A program made the translations under genes and the position numbers. A stretch of DNA of 64,000 bases from an uncultured Acidobacteriota bacterium (GTDB lineage Bacteria; Acidobacteriota; Vicinamibacteria; Vicinamibacterales; UBA2999), in the NCBI GenBank assembly GCA_963762925.1, contig CAVXMP010000022.1:101295-165294 (forward strand). The letters are read 5' to 3'. Each line of letters begins with the position of its first letter. Within the stretch, counting starts at the first letter, position 1. The notes under the pieces were generated by a model that saw nothing but the letters and a program-made list of their open reading frames with translations, was not told the origin of the DNA and ran no database searches. Shown piece after piece: positions 8,713 to 20,622 of this stretch.

Positions 8713-11426
8713 TCAGTATCCCGGCCCGAGAAGCACCGCGTTCATGAACAGCAACATGCTGCCCTCGGTGAACGCCCGATAGTTCGGATCTTCCGCAAAC
8801 GCGACCACGTGACCCTGTCCAAACGGCTGGTGCATGAGAAACGGTTTCTGCACGAGCAGGTCCTGCCCCTCCGGCCAAATCAGCCCCGAGGCGATGAGCG
8901 CGTCCTTTTTGCCATAGATGCCAACGTTACGCCCGCTGTTCAACTTGATCGGCGCGAAGACGCGCGAGCCTTCGATCATGATCTGCGTTTCGGCATCCTG
9001 ACCGGCACTCAGCCAATGATCGGTGTCGATGGTGACACGAAGAATCGCACCGGGCTGCGGTTCGGGCCGCTCGCGATCCGGCTGGATGGCCTTGTCATAG
9101 TCGAACGGCTTCGCCCCACCCGCCCCGCCCGACCCACCCGGCCCAGCAGACGCACCAGCACCCGCTGCTCCACCCGCCCCACCGGACCCACCAGACCCAC
9201 CAGACCCTGCCGGCACATCTGGCGCCCCGCTCTTCAAGAGCGGCGTCGTCTCCAGCAAACCCACGCTACCGATCGTCGCCCATCTCGTCGCTTCCGCAAT
9301 CGTGACGAGCGTGCCGCCGCCGCGCAGCCAGTCTTTGAGCCGATTGACCACCGCGTCGCCGATGACGCCGGTGTAATTGCCCGAGGGGAGCACGACGACG
9401 TCGAAGTCTGAAAAGTTCACGCGGCCGAGCGACGCGGTGCGGACAATCGTCACCGGCTGGCCGAAGCGACGCTCGAGCGTGTAGCGCGTCCAGCCCGCGG
9501 ACGTCGACGCCGTTGGCGCATCCCAAGCCATCAGCACGCGCGGCTTCTTGAGGAACGCGTTCTCGCCGCTCCCGAGTGACGTGCCCGATTCGACATATGT
9601 CGTGTCGATCGGCACAAGCTCTGTGCCGTATTTGGTGGCGAGTGCGGTGAGTCGCGCGTGAAGGTCCGCGGGATTATCCGCGGTGCGGATCAGCGCGGTG
9701 CCGATCGGAAACGCACGGCCGTTGAGGGTAAATGCGCCACCGATGCTGCGCATCCGAATGCCCTGCTGAAGCGAATCCGCGGTAAATGCTGCCGCGGCGT
9801 TGCCCCATGGCATCAGGTAACCCACTTTCCCTTGCGCAAACGGCCGCGCCGTCGGCGGCGCATCGTACGTCATCGGCAGCTGCGATGCGCGCACCGATAT
9901 CGCGTTTGGACTGGTGAGCAGTTCCACGTCGTAGACATGCGGTAGGTTCCAGGCGGTGATGTCGTAGATCTGATCCGGCTGCCGCCGCGCGCGACGCTCT
10001 TCCTGTCGCTTGATGAACTCCTGGGGCTGTTCGGTCCGTGGATCGAGGAGGTTGCGAATCAGGCGGCCGGTGGGCTGCGCGTGCGAGACAAGGTAGGCAC
10101 CGGCGGGCAACTGGCGGTTGCCGATTTTGACGGGCTCCTCGGCACGCCGTACTTCGATGCCCTGCGTCGCAAGATTTCGCGCGAGGCGATCGGCGCGCGA
10201 CGGATCGTGACCCGGCACCAGCACGTACTCGCGAATCGCCGATTTCTCACCTTCGGTGACGGCGCTGCGACGGTATTCGAGAAAGTTACGCACCAGACGC
10301 TCACGGTTTTTCGCCGCGGTGATCGCCGTCGTGATCGCCGCGTTGAAGTGGTGCATCACGCCGTCGCGATATGTCAGCGTCGACTCGTCGCTTCGCGCGA
10401 ACGACAGGCTACGTGCGGAGGCCTGCTCGTAGGTCATGCCGATCGATCCGTGAAAGGTGGGCCACGAGTCGCCGTACCCGGGTAGAACGCGTCGTAGACC
10501 TCGCGGATGTAATACAACCAGCCGCGCTCGTCGAAACGGGCGGCGTTGGCGCGGCCGAACAGATCGAAGCCCTCGATCTGGTTCTTGGTCATGTGCGGGT
10601 TGAGCGGATCGGCGGGTGGGGCAAAGTAATACGAGTTCTCGCCCCCTTGCTCGTGCAGATCGACGGTCACTTCCGGAAAGTAGTCGCGCATGATCTGCAC
10701 GCGCCCGCGCGCCTCGGGCTGCGTCTGCGCAAACCAGTCGCGGTTCATATCGAACAGGTAATGGTTCGATCGACCGCCGGGCCAAGGCTCGTCGTGCTCG
10801 GCGTTGTAGGGCGTCGGATCCGGCGACATGGCACGCGACTGCAGGTTCTGGAACAGGAACCGCGCGCGGCCATCGGGATTCTGCATCGGATCGATCAGCA
10901 CGAGAGCGTCACGAAGCACGAGCTCGATGTTCGCGTCACCCTGCGACGCGAGCAGGTGATAGGCCTCCTGCAGCGCGGCGTCCGACGAGGAGATCTCGTT
11001 GCCGTGCACGCCGTGCGCGAACCACACGATCACCGGCATCTCGCGCACGAGACGATCGGCGTCACCGTCGGAAAGACCTCGCGGGTCGGCGAGCCGCTTC
11101 GCGTCAGCTTTGATGTGATCGAGCTTGGCGATGCGCTCGGGGCTGCCAATCACCATCAGCCAGAGCGGGCGGCCCTCCCAGGTTCGCGCGTATTCGGTCA
11201 AGCGCGTGCGGGTGGGAGCCGCCTTCGCGAGGGCCTGGAGATACTGCCCGACCTGATCAGGCGATGAGATCTCCCTGCCGGGATCGTGCCCGACGACCTG
11301 ACGGAGCGTAGGAACTGTCGGATCGTATTTCGCGCCCGGCCACAGCGGGTCGTCGGTCTGCGCGCCGAGCGAAGCCACGGAGACACGGAGACACAGAGAA
11401 AAGACCAAGAGAATTCGAAGATGCAT
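8713..11426 (-). CDS. M14 family zinc carboxypeptidase with large C-terminal extension; one frameshift at ~10480
   Basis: ORFs 10434..11426 (signal peptide, [21 protein letters not shown]) and 8713..10785 join as ...DAFYPG|[18 protein letters not shown]. The frame break sits in the run cccggg (10477-10482). It contains a Gly/Ser linker encoded by 9113-9207. Confidence 0.8.
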
Positions 11427-11475
11427 TGTTCTTCCGTAAGCCGCCTGCCCTGAGCGAGCGCAGCGAGTCGAAGGG

Positions 11476-12402
11476 TTATCTCACCCCATCAAAATACTCG
11501 ACGATCAGCCGTGCGACCTGACCCATGCGATCCTCGGCTTCGCCATACGGTCCCTCGATCGCGTTCGCAAAAAATGAAATGACCATCGGACCAGAACGTG
11601 CGAACACAATCCCGACATCGTTGGCGAGCACGGGCGGAAAATCGCCGGTCTTGTGCGCGACCGGAACGCTCAGAAAGTGCGGAAGACGACGCGCGCCGGC
11701 CTGCTGCGCCCGCATCATCCGGATGATGTCGTCGCTGTGGTCGGACGACACGATCTTCTTGCTGTGGATCGCTTCCAGCATCCGCCCGGTCGCACGCGGC
11801 GTCATCTCGCCGAGCCAATACGTGCGGTCGGTGTTCGTCTTCTCGTTTGACGCACCCGCCGCGAGCTTGCCGTACTTTGCGAACAGGTCGCCCGTCGTCT
11901 GGGTCAGCTTCATCCCGTCGTAGCCCTGCTCATTGAGCCAGGCATTGACCCGCGCAACGCCGCCGACTTTGCCGATCGCGAGGTCGGTGGCCGTGTTGTC
12001 GCTGGTGATGACCATCTGCAGCAGCACGTCGCGCACGGTCGGCTGAAGGCCGGCGTCGTGATAGCGAAAGATGCCGGAGCCGCCTCTTACATCCTCGGGA
12101 CGAATCGTCACGCGCTCGGTGAGCGACAACTCGCCTTTTGCGGCCATCTGATAGGCAAGCACCAGCACCGGAATCTTGATGACGCTCGCACTGTTGAATG
12201 TATCGTCCGCACGAACCGCCGCTTCCTCGCCCGTCGTCAGGTGTTTAACCCAAAGGCCGGCGCGCGCCGGGAACCGTGCCAGCTCCGCGTCGAGCAGCTT
12301 CTGCAGGCCCGACGGGTTCTGCGCGGCGGCGGGGGACGCCAGGACGGCGAGCACGAGGACACCCAAAAACGCCGCGAGCGTGCGCGTTCTGTCCCTCATC
12401 AT
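11476..12402 (-). CDS. class A beta-lactamase-like serine hydrolase, secreted
   Basis: Start at [28 protein letters not shown] (12402). Carries SxxK (SVIK), SDN (TSDN) and KTG (HKTG) motifs. Confidence 0.75.
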   Translation of the reverse strand: MMRDRTRTLAAFLGVLVLAVLASPAAAQNPSGLQKLLDAELARFPARAGLWVKHLTTGEEAAVRADDTFNSASVIKIPVLVLAYQMAAKGELSLTERVTIRPEDVRGGSGIFRYHDAGLQPTVRDVLLQMVITSDNTATDLAIGKVGGVARVNAWLNEQGYDGMKLTQTTGDLFAKYGKLAAGASNEKTNTDRTYWLGEMTPRATGRMLEAIHSKKIVSSDHSDDIIRMMRAQQAGARRLPHFLSVPVAHKTGDFPPVLANDVGIVFARSGPMVISFFANAIEGPYGEAEDRMGQVARLIVEYFDGVR

Positions 12403-12441
12403 CCGTGATAGCTTAGCTGCTTCCAGGCCGTCTGTGTCTGC

Positions 12442-15251
12442 ATGCCACTCGCACCCGGTACCCGGATCGGCACGTATGAGATAGTCGCCGCCCTTGGGGC
12501 CGGCGGCATGGGCGAGGTCTATCGCGCCCACGACGTGCGACTCAACCGCGAAGTCGCCATCAAGATGCTCCTCTCGGGCGTCGCCGCGGACCCCGAGTAT
12601 CTGGCGCGCTTCGAACGCGAAGCGCAGACGCTCGCCGCGCTCAATCATCAGAACATCGCGCAGATTTACGGGGTCGAGGAAGCGAGCGGCGGCCTTGCCT
12701 TGATCATGGAGCTCGTCGACGGGCCCACGCTCGCCGACGGCCTCGCGCGCGGTCCGATGCCGTATCAGCACGTGATGTACATCGCGCTGCAGCTGGCGGC
12801 GGCGCTCGAATACGCGCACGAGGCCGGCGTCATCCACCGCGACCTCAAACCCGCCAACATCAAGTTACGTCCGGACTTCACCGTCAAGGTGCTCGATTTT
12901 GGGCTCGCCAAGAAGCTGCCAGGGCAACACACCGACGAGGAAACGGCGAAGTTTGCCACCTCGTTGACGATCGCCGGTACCGTGTTCGGCACGCCGGGCT
13001 ACATGGCTCCGGAACTGCTCCGCGGCCGCGCCGCTGATGTGCGCTCCGACATCTTTGCGTTCGGAGTCGTGCTGTTCGAGCTCCTCACCGGCCGGAATCC
13101 GTTTCAGCGCCCGTCGATCTTTGAAATCGCCGAAGCGATTCTCAACGCGGCACCTCCGACCTGGCCGACAACGCCGCTGCTGATTCCCGACAGCCTTCGC
13201 TATGTCGTGTCGAAAGCGATCGCCAAGGACGTTACGGAGCGCTATCAAACAATCTCCGAGATGCGGATCGATTTATCCGTGTGCCTCGGCGAGGCGGACC
13301 TGGCGACACAGCCCCCGACGGCTTCGCCGGCCGAGCGGCGGATTGCCCGCGATTCCTCTGTCCGCGAAATTGGCAGCGCGGCTGCAGTCGTCGAGCTTCG
13401 GGACCGTGTCGGCGCCGTCATCCGCACTGGGGCAGATGCCGGCGCCATCGCGCACTTCGGGCGGCACTCCGTCTGGCGATGTGGTTCTGCCGACAGCAGG
13501 TACGCGATGGGTACCCGCTCTGCTCGGTGCGCTCGCGACGGTAGCGCTTCTCGCCGTCGCCGCTCTCGGCGTCTGGCAGTTCACACGCGAGACGACTCCG
13601 ACGCTGCCGCCGGCCGAGGTCAAGCACACGCAGGTCACGTTCGTGGGCAACGTCCGCGGCATCGCATTCTCTCCCGATGGCCGCACCGCCGCGTACGCGA
13701 CGACCGGCGCCGACGGTCGGGTCATGGTGCGCGACATTTCCGGCGGTCAGGCACTCGAAATCTGGCGCGGCGACATCGTCGTGGAAATTCAGTGGATGCC
13801 CGATGGATCGAGCGTGGTGGTGAGCGGCATTCAGAACGATCGCATCGGGCTCTGGGTGGTGCCGAGGCTCGGGGGCCCTGCGCGGAGCCTGCCCGCGCGC
13901 GGCGGGCACGTCGCGGTTTCGCCCGACGGCCAGTATCTGGCGCTCGCGATGCAGAACACGCAGGGATTCCGGGTTTTTCCGTTGGCGGGAGGCGCCGACC
14001 GAAACATCAAGCTGGACGGATTCCGCTGGCTGCTCGGCCTCGATTGGGGCGCACGAAGCAATCGGCTCGCGGTGCTGACGCAGGCCGACGACGCCACGAC
14101 GACGGTCTGGACGATCGCCCCGGATGGCAGCGACAAGCGACGACTTCACACGGAAAAGAACCTGGCCTCAATCCGCTGGTCACCCATCGACAATGTCGTC
14201 TACGCCATTCGCGCCAGAAACGAGGTCGCGGAGGTGATTCGTCTTCCCGATCGTGAGAATGGCGGCGAGCCGGAGGCGATACTCACGGGCCTTCCCTGGG
14301 ATTCGGCCGATCCGTATCAGCGGCAGGGAAGCCTCTCGACCGACGGGCGCCGGATGCTGTTCGTCCGGGGGTACGCGTATGCCAACCTCTGGAGCCTGCC
14401 GGTGGGGACCGCACCCGTGCCGACGCCGATCACCCAAGGCACCTCGCGCTACGGTCGGCCTCGCCTCTCGCCCGACGGCAAGTGGATTGCGACATCGCTC
14501 GGCACGGCGACGAAATCCGCCATCGTCAAAATTCCGACGAGCGGGGGCGATCCGATACCGGTCACCTCCGGTGATGCGGCGGACACCAATCCTTCATGGT
14601 CCCGCGACGGCAACCAGATCGCGTTTCTGTCGGTGCGCGCTGATATGCCACGGATCTGGGTGGTTGATCCCGACGTACGCTCGGCGGCAGAAATCAAGGA
14701 CAGCATCGCCGAAACACAGGGCGAACTCGGGATGGACTGGCTCGCTGATGGTCGTCTGCTGTGGCCCGTGCCGGGTTCCGAGAACTACGCCATTCGCGAC
14801 CTGAAGTCGGGCAAAGAGGAGTTGCTGCTGCCGCAACCGAAAGACCGCCGCGAATCGACAGGGTGGCTGACCGATCTGCGCGTCTCGCCCAACGGCAAGC
14901 AGCTCGCGGTGTTGGTGGAACCGTCCGGGCGACACCGAAGATGGGTTGTGGGTGCTCGATTGGCCATCGCGGGACGCCCGCATGCTGGTTCCGGGCGACT
15001 ACTATCCAGCGGGATGGTCCCCTGACGGCCAGTCGATCTTCGGCTTCGAATATTTGGGGCGTCGGCTCGTAAGGGTTTCCACGGCGTCGCGTAAGGCGCA
15101 ACCCATTGGAGCTTTCCCGCAAGGCGCAGTCGAGGGTTGCGATGTCTCGCCGGATGCCAAAACTGTCGTCTGCGCCGTGCGAGAGACAAAATCCGACGCA
15201 TGGCTGGTCGAGAACTTCGATCCCAAAGCGCCCGTCAACTCCACTAAATAA
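12442..15251 (+). CDS. Ser/Thr protein kinase with TM segment and C-terminal TolB-like beta-propeller; two apparent frameshifts
   Basis: Kinase motifs GAGGMGEVY, VAIK, HRDLKPANI, DFGLA and GTPGYMAPE, then TM ALLGALATVALLAVAALGVW. Repeated SPDG/WSPDG propeller blades follow. The pieces are ORFs 12442.., 13202.. and 14946... The second break resolves to an extra G in tccGGGcgac (~14930). Confidence 0.85.
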
Positions 15252-15353
15252 ATGCGCGCCGGCTGTTGCTAGCCCGGCTATCCCGCGTTAGCATCGCTTC
15301 TCGCACATTTTGTTTCTCCAGTCGATCGCCCCACCCGGCAACCGGAGGCCCCC

Positions 15354-18300
15354 GTGAAGGTAAACGTCCGTCTCGGCGCGCTCGCTTTATTCCTCTGTCT
15401 TGTTTCCGTCATCCCCACCCCTGCCGCCGCACAGGAAGGCGGCGTCATCGCCGGCACCGTGAGCAGCGGCGGCACGGGCGTCGGCGGGGTTACTCCTTTA
15501 CGTCTTCGACAGCGACGGCCAGTGCACGCCGGTTCCGGCTCTACCGACGAGACAGGGCATTATCAAACAACCGGCCTTCTTCCTGGCACCTACTACATCG
15601 CCACATATGCCACATATAGCGACAAGCATCTGATCGACGAGCTTCATAGCAACATTCCGTGCCCCTTCTTCATCTTGCTTGGGCCGAGCGGAAGCTGTGA
15701 CCCGACGACCGGTCAGGCTGTCACCGTCACCAACGGAGGTACCACGCCAGTCAATTTTGATCTTGTCCCAGGGGCACGCATCGGCGGTGTGGTTACCGAC
15801 GCCGCCACTGGATTACCAATCGAATCTATCTACATCTACGTGTATGACCCGAGCGGGAACTTGGTGGCGTTTGCGACGACGAACGCTGCTGGCCAATACG
15901 TGACGCGGTCGGGCCTCTTGCCCGGCACGTATCACGCGTTCACCTTCAGCGTCTTCGGCCACGTGAACGAGAACTGGGATGACATTCCGTGCGCCGCTTT
16001 TTGTTATCCCGCTGGCGGCACACCGATCGTCGTCGGCGCGCAGGAGAACCGATCCAACATCAACTTCGCGCTTTCGTCGGCGGCTGGGGGAACCCTCTCC
16101 GGCACGGTGCGTGCGGCAGGCTCCAACGCGCCGATCGCGAACGCGCGCGTCAACGTCTACGACACGCTCGGCCGGTTCGTCACTTCCGCAATCACCAACG
16201 CCGCCGGCAGCTATACGATCCCTTTGCGCCCGGGGACCTATTTCGTGATTGGGTCGGCCGACGGGTTTCTCAAGGAACAGGTGGTGACACGCGGTACGCT
16301 TGTCACCATCTCGTCCGGCGGCACCTCAAACGCCGACTTTACGCTGACGCCTGGCGGCCGGATCTCGGGGGTGGTTCGCGACGCGACGGCGCGCCTCTCG
16401 CGAATACCGCGATCGACGTGTATTCGGCCGACGGCCGCACCCTCGTTACCAGCACGGTGACCAACGAGCGTCGGCCAGTACATCACCGGCGACGGTCTTC
16501 CCGAGCGGCAATTACCTGCTTCGGACGCGCAACTCCGCGGGATTCATCGACGCGAGCAGGCCGGTAACGATTGCTGGTCCCGGAACGCTTGACGGGATCG
16601 ATTTTGCGCTCGCAAGCGGTGCCAGGATCTCGGGCACCGTTCGTGACGCGTCCACAAGCGCGCCGCTCGCGGGCGTCTCTGTCCTGCTGTTCGACGCGGC
16701 AGGCCAACAGTTGGGTCTCACGGCACAAACAAACAGTTCCGGAGCAGTTCGTGTTCGGCGCGGCGCTGCTGCCTGGAACGTATTACGCGGCAACGAACAA
16801 TCAGATCGGTTACATCGACGAGGCCTACGACAACGTCATGTGCGTCCAAGCCAGATGCGATGTGACGGCCACCACGCCCATCGTCGTGGGCACGACTCCG
16901 ATTGGAAACACCAACTTTCAGCTGTCGCCGGGAGGGCGGATCAGCGGCGAAGTGAGAGGAATCAGCAGCACGATCCCGGCCCCGGGGATCGCGCTGGCCA
17001 ACGTGACCGTCGAAATCTACGGCGCCAACGGCCTGTTCATCGGCACGGCGACCACCAACGCCAGCGGCGTCTACACCGTGCAGGCGGGTCTGCCAGCCGG
17101 CAGTTACTTCGTGAAAACGGCGAACGGGGAAGGATATGTCGACCAGCTATTCAACGCGAAGACCTGCGTCGACTGTCCCGTCAATCTCGGCGATCCCGTC
17201 ACTGTCGCCGTCGGCGTCACCACACCGAACATCAACTTCACGCTCCAGCGTGGCGGCCGCATCAGCGGCACGGTCTTCGACTCGACCACCAAATTACCGC
17301 TTGCCAACGCGCCGGTCATCATCCGCGATGCCACAGGCGCAACCGTCGCGATAATCAAAACCGACAATAGCGGCGTGTACCGCGTGAGTCTGCCCCCCGG
17401 TCGCTACTTCGTGCAGACCGGCGGCATTCAGGGCTACACCACTTCGATCTTCAATCCAGCCGCGGCGCTGGACCGCGTGCACGCGCCCGATGGTGGCCGG
17501 CCGTCTCCGACGGGCGACTGGGTACCCTCGCCCTCCGACGAAGGCGCGTGCCCGCGCGGTCTGTGCGACACCGGGCCGGAATTTGCGATTGATCTCAACG
17601 AAGGCAGCGACAGGACCGCGGCCAACATGAGCGTGACAGCCTGCCCAACAGCAGCGTCCATGGCGATCACGCCGACGTCGCTGCCGGTTGGCACGCCGGG
17701 AGTGTTCTACTCGCAGGCTCTGACCGCAACTGGCGGCGCTGCGCCCTACCGCTACGTCGTGACTGACGGCGCGCTACCTCTCGGTCTCTCGTTGAACCCG
17801 GACACCGGCGTGATATCCGGCACGCCGACCACGTCGGGATTCTCGACGTTTACGGTTTCGGCATCCGACACCCCAGGCTGCTCGACGGCGCGTGCGTTCA
17901 CGATGACGATCAGCAGAAGCGGGCTAGGGTTGCCAGGACCTCCGCTGAATCTGGCCGCATCGGTGGAAAACTTCCGCGGACGGTTTACGTGGACTCCTGG
18001 GCTCACCGGCGGCGAGGCCACGACGTATCGCCTCGAAGTGGGTACACGCCCTGGAGGTACCCTCGCGGCGTTCGAGACCACGGACGCGACGCCGTCGTTC
18101 GAAATCCCGGTAACATTCCACCCGGCGAGTATTGGGCGCGGGTGCGTGCTCGCAACGAGTTCGGACTCGGCGAGCCGCTTGATGAATACCGCCTTGCTCG
18201 TCACGGCGACGGGCTTCTCGCCGCCAGGCGCACCGGTCAATCTGGCTGCGGTGATTGCGAACAACGTGCTTACGGTGACGTGGGATCCGGGTCCGGGCGG

Positions 18301-18784
18301 GACTCCGGCAACGGGCTACATACTCGAAGCCGGCACGGCGCCAGGACTGTCGAACATCGCAGCGCTCGATCTCGGCAACACGCGCACGTTCAGCTATACG
18401 GGCGTGCCAGCGGGTGTCTACTACCTTCGCGTGCGCGCCTACAACGTCGCCGGCGCCAGTGATCCATCGCGCGAGCTCGTGCTGAACGTGGGCAACTTGC
18501 CGGCCGCGCCCGGAGTGCCGCTCGCGTTGTCGCGCGTGGTGAGTGGATCGACCGTGACGCTCAATTGGCTGCCTCCGGCGGACGGCGGCGCGCCGACCAG
18601 TTACATCATCGAAGCGGGAACGGCTCGCGGACTCTCGAATATTACGGCCTTCGACACCCGCAGCCCGACGCCGTCCATGCAAGTCAATTCGGTGCCGCCG
18701 GGTGCCTATTGGGTCCGGGTTCGAGCCCGCAACGCGCAAGGCATCGGCAGCGTCACACCGGATATTCGACTGGTGGTGCCTTAA
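15354..18784 (+). CDS. large secreted repeat protein: many carboxypeptidase-regulatory-like (CarboxypepD_reg) beta-sandwich repeats, a putative Ig domain and three FN3-like modules; at least 4 frame breaks
   Basis: GTG start preceded by ggagg; signal peptide MKVNVRLGALALFLCLVSVIPTPAAAQ. Repeated G(G/A)RISGxV.D..T..PL..v.V.lyd..G....t..Tn..G.Y....L..G.Y. Ig-like segment GGAAPYRYVVTDGALPLGLSLNPDTGVISGTP. Terminal modules end in YY/YW-VRVRA-N. The pieces are ORFs 15354.., 15989.., 16571.. and 17989... Confidence 0.75.
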
Positions 18785-18852
18785 TAGGAGCCCGGGGCTC
18801 AACCCCTGCCGCCGTGATACGCTCGTGTCCTGCGCCAGAACGGACATGATTC

Positions 18853-19255
18853 GTGTACCTAAAGACAGCGCTGCTCGTCGCCAGCCTGATGCTGGCGGCG
18901 TGCAGTTCAGACTCGGGCCCCGCACCAACGCCGATTACACCTAGCCCGCCGACGTCAGCGCCTCCGACGGGCCCACCGACGATCACGATCACGGCGACCG
19001 GCGTGTCGCCCGTAGAGGTCACGGTCGCGAGTCGGCGGTCGTGTGACGTTCATCAACGGCGATGCACGCGCGCACGAGCTCTGGGGCGGCCCGGATCACG
19101 AGCACCGCGATTGTCCGCAGGTGGATGAGGCGGGATTCCTCGTGCCCGGCCAACGCCGCGACTCAGGCGTGTTCACGCAGCCGCGAATCTGCGACTTCCA
19201 CGATCATACGAACGTCGGAAATCCCGCCTATCAGGGCCGGATCATCGTCCAGTGA
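18853..19255 (+). CDS. small cupredoxin-like lipoprotein; one frame break near 19030
   Basis: Lipobox LMLAAC. Joined reading is ...ITITATGVSPVEVTVA(V)GGRVTFINGDARAHEL...ICDFHDHTNVGNPAYQGRIIVQ, which resembles single-domain cupredoxin/plastocyanin-like proteins. The pieces are ORFs 18853..19128 and 19043..19255. Confidence 0.5.
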
Positions 19256-20622
19256 GGCGCTGGAGCGGTGCAGCCATGGCGCTGGGGGCGATCCTTGCCG
19301 CATCGACGGCGGCGGCGCAAGATCACGCGCAACATCAAATGCCAGCGCCGTCACAGGGCGGGTGGCAATGGCGCGCCGAGGGTGCGGCGTTTGTCGGCTT
19401 CAACTATCAGCATCGCAAGTTCACCGACTTCGATGAGTGGGAATCGCAAAACTGGATCATGGGCAGCGGCGAGCGGCCCCTCGGCACCGCGCGTTTGCGG
19501 CTGATGTCGATGCTCTCGTTCGAGACGTTCACACTGCGCGATATCGGATCCCCGCAGGTGTTTCAGACTGGCGAGACGTTTCAAGGCACCGCGTTGATCG
19601 ATTACCAGCATCCGCACGATCTCCTGATGGGACTCGGGGCCGAATTGCGGATACCGACGGGTCGCGTCACGACGATCCTCGGCGCGGACATCGTCGGATC
19701 GCCGACGCTGGGGCCGCCGATCTTCATGCATCGGCCGTCGGCTCGTGACAACCCGCAGGCGCCGCTGTCGCATCATCATCTCGATTCAACGCACATCACA
19801 CCTGGCGTGATTCGCGGCGGCGTCGAGGTGCAGGGCTTCAGACTCGAGGGGTCGGTGTTTCAGGGGCGCGAACCGGACGAAAACCGTCTCGATCTCGATT
19901 TGGGCAGGCTCGATTCCTATGCCACGCGACTGTCGTTTACGCGAGGCCCGTGGTACGCGCAAGCGTCGGCCGGATGGCTCAACGAGCCGGAGGCGGTGAC
20001 GCCGTTCGATGCGACGCGGCTGACGGCATCGGTTGCGTATACGCGCGGCGACGAGCGTCGCGCGATCGCATGGATGGCCGCCTTTGGTCAGAATCGCGAG
20101 ATCCACGGCAACCTCGAAGCGTATCTGCTCGAGGCCACGCTGCGAACGAGCGTCCGCGACTCGTTCTACGCACGATTGGAATCTGTCGCCAAGGACATTC
20201 TCGATGTCGGATTTCACCCGGTGAACACGTTTCATCCGCATCGGCAGTCGCAGGTGGGCGCTGTCACGGTCGGCTATATCCATGACGTGTGGCGACCGAG
20301 GATTGGCGCCTTCGGGCTTGGCGCGGACGTCACCGGGTATGGTGTTCCGGCGAACCTGCAAGAAGCGTATGGACGGCCGTGGTCGGTGCACGCGTTCCTG
20401 CGTTACCGCGGGAGTGCCGGCGCCGCGACGCGCACAACACGTGCATTGATCGCGGACACGAGCGCGGGGCTAAGCCGGGCGCGACAAAACTCACCGACCC
20501 GCCCACCCGACCGACCAGACCCACCCGACTACTTTTTCAACTCGATCATCTCGACTGCGGCAAGGAGCGCCATCGCCCCGCCGCGGTCGTCCGCACCATT
20601 CACCGCGGGTCGATTGAGGTAG
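19252..20622 (+). CDS. hypothetical secreted protein, probable outer-membrane beta-barrel; 3' end uncertain
   Basis: Signal peptide MALGAILAASTAAAQ, alternating beta-strand-like pattern, and DYQHPHD and SHHH motifs. The start overlaps the cupredoxin-like gene by 4 nt. The last ~130-180 nt overlap a repeat array and the converging GH gene. The true stop is probably near 20446 after a frame break. Confidence 0.45.
   Translation: MRRWSGAAMALGAILAASTAAAQDHAQHQMPAPSQGGWQWRAEGAAFVGFNYQHRKFTDFDEWESQNWIMGSGERPLGTARLRLMSMLSFETFTLRDIGSPQVFQTGETFQGTALIDYQHPHDLLMGLGAELRIPTGRVTTILGADIVGSPTLGPPIFMHRPSARDNPQAPLSHHHLDSTHITPGVIRGGVEVQGFRLEGSVFQGREPDENRLDLDLGRLDSYATRLSFTRGPWYAQASAGWLNEPEAVTPFDATRLTASVAYTRGDERRAIAWMAAFGQNREIHGNLEAYLLEATLRTSVRDSFYARLESVAKDILDVGFHPVNTFHPHRQSQVGAVTVGYIHDVWRPRIGAFGLGADVTGYGVPANLQEAYGRPWSVHAFLRYRGSAGAATRTTRALIADTSAGLSRARQNSPTRPPDRPDPPDYFFNSIISTAARSAIAPPRSSAPFTAGRLR
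20492..20528. repeat. degenerate tandem repeat, CCGACCCA / GACCCACC type
   Basis: caccgacccgcccacccgaccgaccagacccacccgac ends exactly at the GH88/105 stop codon. The same family forms the arrays at 57495-57697 and a 9-nt phased version occurs at 9113-9207. Confidence 0.75.

Noticed and set aside
18700-18730. tRNA T-arm-like string GGTTCGAGCCC.
   Set aside because: It lies in-frame inside the last FN3-like module (..YWVRVRARNAQG..) and has no acceptor, D or anticodon stem partners around it.
20446-20622. C-terminal extension of ORF 19252..20622 (..TRPPDRPDPPDYFFNS..).
   Set aside because: It is encoded by repeat array 20492-20528 and then by the antisense of the converging GH88/105 gene. A frame break near 20420 probably hides the real stop (a ..HVH* ending at ~20446 in the +1 frame).
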